11,222 nucleotides of DNA from Fidelibacterota bacterium (lineage in GTDB: Bacteria > Fidelibacterota > Marinisomatia > Marinisomatales > S15-B10): contig JBHIAI010000054.1 of NCBI GenBank assembly GCA_046861655.1, positions 1 to 11,222 on the forward strand, in the 5' to 3' direction. The notes beneath the pieces are model-generated. The model saw only the letters and a list, made by a program, of their open reading frames with translations, had not been told where the DNA came from and made no database searches. Shown here one piece after another: positions 6,558 to 11,222 of the stretch. Position 1 is the stretch's first letter. Every line of letters starts with the position of its first letter. Made by a program: the position numbers and the translations under genes.

Positions 6558-8936
6558 CTACTTGATCAGCGCCACCTTTACGGTCTTGTTGAAAACCTGT
6601 CCCGAGCCTGTCGAGGGATCCGCGGCCACCATCTTGATCAGGTACACACCCGACGGTAGATTTCCGCCGTCCCACCGGACCGAGTGATGCCCTGCCTGAC
6701 GTCTGGTGGAGACTACCCTTTCCACTTGTCTGCCGCCCGCATCGTAGACGATTAAGCTGACGAATGCGCTTTCGGGCAGGGAGTACCGAATCACCGTAGA
6801 CGGGTTGAAAGGATTGGGGTAATTTGGCTTTAGGTCATACTTTTCCGGAAGTAGATTCTCTCCGCCATCCACTCCCACTCCCCCCGATACCTCGAGAGTA
6901 AAGCCGTCACTCCAGAAAAGGGTCTCATGGCTGTACACGGACACCGTGACAGGTATTCTCGTCCCCGAAGGACAGTCTTCACCGATCCCCGTTCTGTAAG
7001 GGTAGGCTCCCCGGGCGGTCGATCCGACGCCTATGTCGCCGAAGGAATAAGCCACCGGTGTCATGTAGGACGGACAGGGACTTTCTGTCCAGATCTGTGC
7101 GGTTACCTCTTCTGCGGTTGCGGTTCGCCCCTTGTTCGTAAGATCGACCCAGAAAAGAACGTCGTCGCCCGGGTCGGGAAGGGAGTCCCCGAGGAAAGTT
7201 ATCCCGTCAAGCACCACAGGACCCACTGTGGTAAACACCCCTACCTGGCGGAGATAGGACCTGATGAGAGAGTCCCCTGAGGTCACGGTGATGCGGAGAT
7301 TGACGAAGTAGTTTCTCTCCTCGTCAGATGGAACCGGCCACACGTTGGCGAAGAGACTGTCTCCTGCATGGCCATCTCCGTGCTCTCCGTCATCAAGAAG
7401 CAAGAGGGTGTCCAGAAGCGTTCCATCAAGAAGTTCTATCTCCGAAAGGAGGCTTACGCCGTGGGTGTCACTCACCACGCGAGCCGACACCACCACCGAA
7501 TCGATCCCTGGAGCGGCGTAGGTGGGTGTGACCGAGATCCCTTCCACCACCGTGGGGGTAACCAGGACTTCGTCAGAAAAAATGCTCTCATTGCCTGAGG
7601 TGTCATAGGCCGAAATACTCACGTACAGGGGAACATTAGGTCTCAGTCCTGTCAGCACGTACTCGTTCACGTTTCCCACGTCAAGAATGTTGTCATAGAA
7701 TAGGGACTCTTCTGGGTAGGTCACCCGGTAGGCCACCCGGTACCCGGCGAAGTCCGACTCTGAATTGGTGCGGGGCCAGTTGAGCTGAATCTCCGACCCT
7801 GTTCTCGAGTCCTCGGCCTGAAGTCCTGTGGGGCGATCGGGCGCCATAGCCAGGATGGCCAATCCCGCGATGTTGGTCTTCACGATACGGGCCAGATAGG
7901 GCACGTTCACGAATTCCACCAGATCCATCTCGTTGTGTTGTCGACCATTCTGACCTGAACCATCACCGTACTCGTGAGGTTCGGTGAACCGTACTGCAGG
8001 GTAGCCATTGTCATAGAAGGGCATATGGTCCCCGCCCCGGCCCGGCCGGTCAATACTGGGGATTAAGTTTATGGTCCAGCCCACGTCGGTGACGTACCGT
8101 TCCCCCTTCAGCTTCATGTATCGTGACAGCTGCCGCGATGTGGACGTTGAGGGGTTTCCAGAAAAGTGCCTTACGCTGGTACTATCTATGATGACTTCCT
8201 CACCGGGTGGACAGGCGGGGTCCACACATCCTTCAATGTTTCCTACCACATCGTTAGTGATCATTCCATCGATGTCCAGGTCATTCTCCAGGGCCCAATC
8301 CGCATACGCCCTGCTCCCATAAAGTCCTTCGTCTTCCCCGGTCACCGTCATCAAAATCACCGTACTTTCGAAATTCTCCGTATACTGACCAAGAACTCTG
8401 GCCAGCTCCATGGACACGACCGTGCCGCTTCCGTCATCGTTGGCTCCGGGGGCGAAGGAAGTATAGTCACATCGATCCACGGTTCTGTCATCCATGTGTC
8501 CGCTGGCGATGAAGATTCGTTCTGGCCAGGTTGTCCCCGGAATGGTGGCCAATACATTCTTGTGGGCAGCGTTGAAAACATCACAGACCGTCGCCGGAAA
8601 GACGAAGAAGCTCGCTTCCATTGTTCCCCCTCCAGCGTGTCCGTACTCTTCAAACTTGGCGAAAATGAAATCCCGCGCGGCACCGATGCCTGTATCGGGA
8701 GAGGTGGTGTCCGACGACGTGTGGCGAGTATGGAATCCGACGAGAGCGGTCAGGTTGCTCAACAGTTCCTCTTCCGAGACCTTGTTAACCATTTCCTCCA
8801 CCAGGGGATTGATGGGCAGCTGACTCCGAAAACCACTCGTTCTCTTCCCGGAGCTGTGAGAAGATTCCGCCCACACGAAAGATACAAGGAACTGACACAC
8901 TGTGAGATAAGCGTACAATGCCGGTATCCTTTTCAT
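6558..8936 (-). CDS. Secreted M28-family zinc peptidase with FN3 domain, acidic DDGxxGD (choice-of-anchor X-like) domain, a further Ig-like domain and a T9SS-type/FlgD-Ig C-terminal sorting domain
   Basis: Signal peptide ending near VWA; M28 motifs SGHMD, GANDDGSG, GEDEGL, NDVVG, RGGDHMPF, RQH; FN3 PTGL..LNW..GYRVAY..LTGLRP..SAYD..GNES; LLDDGEHGDGHAGDSLF; NYPNPFNPSTVIRYSLP..LPSGVY..KVALIK. GGGGGG SD upstream. Confidence 0.92.
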   Translation of the reverse strand: MKRIPALYAYLTVCQFLVSFVWAESSHSSGKRTSGFRSQLPINPLVEEMVNKVSEEELLSNLTALVGFHTRHTSSDTTSPDTGIGAARDFIFAKFEEYGHAGGGTMEASFFVFPATVCDVFNAAHKNVLATIPGTTWPERIFIASGHMDDRTVDRCDYTSFAPGANDDGSGTVVSMELARVLGQYTENFESTVILMTVTGEDEGLYGSRAYADWALENDLDIDGMITNDVVGNIEGCVDPACPPGEEVIIDSTSVRHFSGNPSTSTSRQLSRYMKLKGERYVTDVGWTINLIPSIDRPGRGGDHMPFYDNGYPAVRFTEPHEYGDGSGQNGRQHNEMDLVEFVNVPYLARIVKTNIAGLAILAMAPDRPTGLQAEDSRTGSEIQLNWPRTNSESDFAGYRVAYRVTYPEESLFYDNILDVGNVNEYVLTGLRPNVPLYVSISAYDTSGNESIFSDEVLVTPTVVEGISVTPTYAAPGIDSVVVSARVVSDTHGVSLLSEIELLDGTLLDTLLLLDDGEHGDGHAGDSLFANVWPVPSDEERNYFVNLRITVTSGDSLIRSYLRQVGVFTTVGPVVLDGITFLGDSLPDPGDDVLFWVDLTNKGRTATAEEVTAQIWTESPCPSYMTPVAYSFGDIGVGSTARGAYPYRTGIGEDCPSGTRIPVTVSVYSHETLFWSDGFTLEVSGGVGVDGGENLLPEKYDLKPNYPNPFNPSTVIRYSLPESAFVSLIVYDAGGRQVERVVSTRRQAGHHSVRWDGGNLPSGVYLIKMVAADPSTGSGQVFNKTVKVALIK
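6595..6620. repeat. REP-like short palindromic element located in frame in the peptidase 3' end (encodes DPSTGSGQ)
   Basis: ACCTGTCCCGAGCCTGTCGAGGGATC forms an imperfect hairpin and resembles the CCTGAGCCTGTCGAAGG / CCCTTCGACAGGCTCAGG repeat type that I recall from other bacteria. Only one copy is seen in this window. Confidence 0.6.
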
Positions 8937-9052
8937 AGTTTACCCCCCGAAAGTATTCCCCATGAACTTGCCTCAACACAATTTACACTTGAAAAGGATA
9001 GCGTTCTGCCGAAAAGAGCCTCCAACCCGGGTTCCCTCACCCTGGGATAAGG

Positions 9053-10087
9053 TCATGGCAGGGGCTGAAAACTCGGCTGGTAATCCCGTTCTTCAGATTC
9101 CGTTAGATTGGTTCGGTTTGTTCCATCCAGGCCCATAACGAAGATATCCCGGTGGGCATCTCCCGAGGAGAACACGATCCTGGAATCATCAGACGAGATA
9201 TCCCCCAGGTAATCATCGTAAGGGTGATGGGTCAGGTTCGTCGGATACGTGCCGTCTATACCCATCATGAAGATTTCCCAGTTGTTATCCCGGAACGTGG
9301 TGTAGATGAGGCTGGACCCCGTATGAAGGAAGTGAGGGGTGTAGGCATTCACATCCTCCTCGGTAAGCTGGGTCTGATTACCTCCATTCGTGTCCATAAC
9401 GAACACGCCCATCTTCCCGTCCATCGTCGCAGCATAGGCAACCCTGGATCCGTCGGGAGAAAACCTGGGATTTCGTTCGAGAATCCCCGGAGAATTGGAC
9501 AGGTTGACCAGATTCTCTCCCTCAACCTCCAGGACGTAGATGTCCCAATTCCCGTCCCGGTTTGATGTGAATACCACGCGGGATCCGTCCGGGGAGAACC
9601 TGGGTGATACGTCGGTGGCAGGGTTGTTTGTCAGGTTGGTTGGATGGTCTCCGTCGGAATTCATCATCCAGATGTCTGGGTTCCCAGTTCTATCCGATAC
9701 AAAAACAATCCTGGCGCCATCAGGCGAAAAGGAGGGGGAGAAATCATGTTCCCCATGATTCGTGAGATTGACAGGTTGGGATCCATCCAGGGCCATGGTG
9801 AATATTTCCCCTTTCGGGTCCAGGCGGTACAGATTGGTGGACACGAACACAATGGTTTGACCATCGGGAGAAAAACTCGGCTCCGAATCTAAGGCATCGC
9901 TGGTGGTCAGCCGGGCCCGGTTGCCCCCGTCAGAATCCATCACACAGATTTCGGGGTTCCCGTCAAATTCTGAAACAAACACAATCTTGGGTCCGGGCGG
10001 GGCCTCTTCCGGTAGGGTAGTAACGTCGCAGTGTGAAAGCAGAATAGGCCCAGCCAGCGCTACCCCAAGGGTCGCTATTCTTCTCAC
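9053..10087 (-). CDS. TolB-like PD40-repeat beta-propeller protein, exported or possibly a lipoprotein
   Basis: ~44-aa repeats of PxFSPDGxxIVFVS..DG..EIxVMxxDG..xNLT; signal peptide MRRIATLGVALAGPILLSHC with an atypical lipobox. No TolB N-terminal domain and no tol-pal neighbours. Confidence 0.9.
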   Translation of the reverse strand: MRRIATLGVALAGPILLSHCDVTTLPEEAPPGPKIVFVSEFDGNPEICVMDSDGGNRARLTTSDALDSEPSFSPDGQTIVFVSTNLYRLDPKGEIFTMALDGSQPVNLTNHGEHDFSPSFSPDGARIVFVSDRTGNPDIWMMNSDGDHPTNLTNNPATDVSPRFSPDGSRVVFTSNRDGNWDIYVLEVEGENLVNLSNSPGILERNPRFSPDGSRVAYAATMDGKMGVFVMDTNGGNQTQLTEEDVNAYTPHFLHTGSSLIYTTFRDNNWEIFMMGIDGTYPTNLTHHPYDDYLGDISSDDSRIVFSSGDAHRDIFVMGLDGTNRTNLTESEERDYQPSFQPLP

Positions 10088-10209
10088 AACAACAAAGAAA
10101 CCTTTCCCATCCTATGAGAGTCTCCACACGGGCCTATCGAGTCATCTGCGACCGTCACACGGAGAAAAAACATGTGCACAGGGTATGGCAGTTCTTCCCC
10201 TTCAACATA

Positions 10210-10237
10210 AGTTTACCGCCCGGGGCACGCGACGCAA
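10210..10237 (-). promoter_or_regulatory. Candidate divergent promoter for the TolB-like gene
   Basis: Minus strand TTGCGT (10237-10232), 16-nt spacer, TAAACT (10215-10210), back to back with the mntR promoter. Confidence 0.45.
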
Positions 10238-10271
10238 GTGAAAACTGGGCCGTGGCAAAGGAAAATTGACG

Positions 10272-10300
10272 TTGACAGAGATCCTGCGGCAGCGTAATAT
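10272..10300 (+). promoter_or_regulatory. Sigma70-like promoter of the mntR operon
   Basis: TTGACA (10272-10277), 17-nt spacer, TAATAT (10295-10300). Confidence 0.82.
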
Positions 10301-10313
10301 TAGGGACACCTAA
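10300..10313. promoter_or_regulatory. DtxR-family (MntR/SirR-type) operator TTAGG-GACA-CCTAA
   Basis: Inverted repeat TTAGG-N4-CCTAA in AT-rich flanks, overlapping the -10 and expected +1 directly upstream of a DtxR-family gene; same core geometry as staphylococcal SirR/MntR boxes. Confidence 0.85.
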
Positions 10314-10375
10314 CAAAAAATAAAGGTCTCCAGGATAATTGTTATAGGAGGACCGAATATTATGAGGGAGCCGAG

Positions 10376-11047
10376 ATGATCAGTCAGTCCATCGAAGATT
10401 ACGTAAAAACCATCTACCACCTTCAGCTGGAAAAGGAAAAGGTGACGACCAAGGCCATATCCGAAGAAATGGGGATTTCATCCGCATCGGTGACAGGCAT
10501 GGTGAAAAAGCTCGCCAGCATGGACATCCTCACCCATACTCCCTACAGGGAAACGGCGTTGACCTCCAGGGGAGAAAAGATTGCCCTCCAGATGATTCGA
10601 CGGCACCGCCTGCTGGAATCCTTCCTGAAGGAGGTCCTGGGCTACCCCTTGGATCGAGTCCACGATGAGGCGGAAAGACTGGAACACGTGATTTCCGAGG
10701 AATTCGTTGAGCGGATGGACGATGTCCTTGGCAATCCATCGACCGATCCCCATGGATCCCCTATTCCGAACCCTCAGGGGGAAATGCTGGAGCAGGACCT
10801 TTTTCCTCTACTGGACCTGGAATCCGGACAGTCTGCTGTGGTTCTTCGCGTCAGTCACCGTGACCCTGACAAACTCCGGTACATGGAAAAGACGGGGATA
10901 CTTCCCGGTACAAACCTGACCGTCCTCGACAGAAGGCCCTTCAAGGGACCCATGATGATTCAGATCGGTGATGAAAAAAAAGAAATGATCGGACACGAAA
11001 TCGCCCGGCAGATCTGGGTGGGGTATGGAAAACCTGACAGGAAATGA
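10376..11047 (+). CDS. mntR: Metal-dependent transcriptional regulator, DtxR/MntR family with C-terminal FeoA domain, probably Mn-responsive
   Basis: Motifs EDYVKTIY, HTH SSASVTGMVKKL, RRHRLLESFL, HDEAERLEH, DPHGSPIP and a FeoA-like tail LRYMEKTGILPG..PFKGP; GAGGGAG SD. Confidence 0.93.
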   Translation: MISQSIEDYVKTIYHLQLEKEKVTTKAISEEMGISSASVTGMVKKLASMDILTHTPYRETALTSRGEKIALQMIRRHRLLESFLKEVLGYPLDRVHDEAERLEHVISEEFVERMDDVLGNPSTDPHGSPIPNPQGEMLEQDLFPLLDLESGQSAVVLRVSHRDPDKLRYMEKTGILPGTNLTVLDRRPFKGPMMIQIGDEKKEMIGHEIARQIWVGYGKPDRK

Positions 11048-11222
11048 TGAGTAGACGAGTACCTACTGCCCTGGGAATGGCCTTTTTTCTGGTGTCCTGG
11101 ACGGCGGCAGTGTCGGGCCCTGAATCCGGAAAAACCCGTGGCTCCCAGGAGTCGCAGAACGACACCCAGGAATCGGCTACGTCCTATGAACTTGGCGTGG
11201 GGACTGTCCGGGAGGTCTCCCC
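11044..11222 (+). CDS. 5' fragment of a secreted protein of unknown function, coupled to mntR
   Basis: ATGA overlap with the mntR stop; frame open to the window edge: MMSRRVPTALGMAFFLVSWTAAVSGPESGKTRGSQESQNDTQESATSYELGVGTVREVS (signal-peptide-like start, then a polar linker). Confidence 0.7.
   Translation, partial: MMSRRVPTALGMAFFLVSWTAAVSGPESGKTRGSQESQNDTQESATSYELGVGTVREVS

Noticed and set aside
6071..6687. ORFs spanning the tRNA region
   Set aside because: They cross the promoter and the tRNA gene, which explain the sequence.
9024..9048. Hairpin after the TolB-like stop as a terminator
   Set aside because: Bulged 7-bp stem with no adjacent U tract; too weak to call.
8166..9050. 294-aa plus-strand ORF
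   Set aside because: Antisense shadow of the M28 catalytic domain.
9053..9990. ~132-nt periodicity suggesting a DNA repeat or CRISPR array
   Set aside because: Degenerate at the DNA level and fully explained by PD40 protein repeats.
6444..10087. Possible genomic island integrated at tRNA-Leu
   Set aside because: No duplicated tRNA 3' end, no integrase and no obvious compositional shift within the window.
10084..10173. 29-aa minus-strand uORF whose TGA overlaps the GTG of the TolB-like gene
   Set aside because: No well-spaced SD or informative composition, and a GTG-A start creates an overlapping TGA automatically.

Overview
Moderately GC-rich bacterial chromosomal window. The NYPNPFNPST C-terminal sorting domain suggests an FCB-associated lineage such as Marinimicrobia, KSB1 or Ignavibacteria (inference). 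Left arm, minus strand, in transcription order: long-chain fatty acid-CoA ligase, gpsA, a lipoprotein-type isoaspartyl peptidase/asparaginase, an unannotated chain of small coupled ORFs (possible 23-aa leader, 40-aa single-pass membrane protein, 132-aa leucine-zipper/winged-helix protein), and a YtcJ-like amidohydrolase running off the left edge. The 23-aa, 40-aa and amidohydrolase ORFs are absent from the ORF track. Centre: tRNA-Leu(CAA) with a sigma70-like promoter whose spacer holds a perfect palindrome. Right arm: a 7-bladed TolB-like propeller and a 792-aa secreted M28 peptidase on the minus strand, diverging from a Mn-type DtxR/MntR regulator with a clear promoter and operator, coupled to a truncated secreted protein. 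No CRISPR array, transposase or integrase is visible. The best novelty candidates are the membrane microprotein/zipper-wHTH module and a REP-like palindrome sitting in frame in the peptidase sorting domain.
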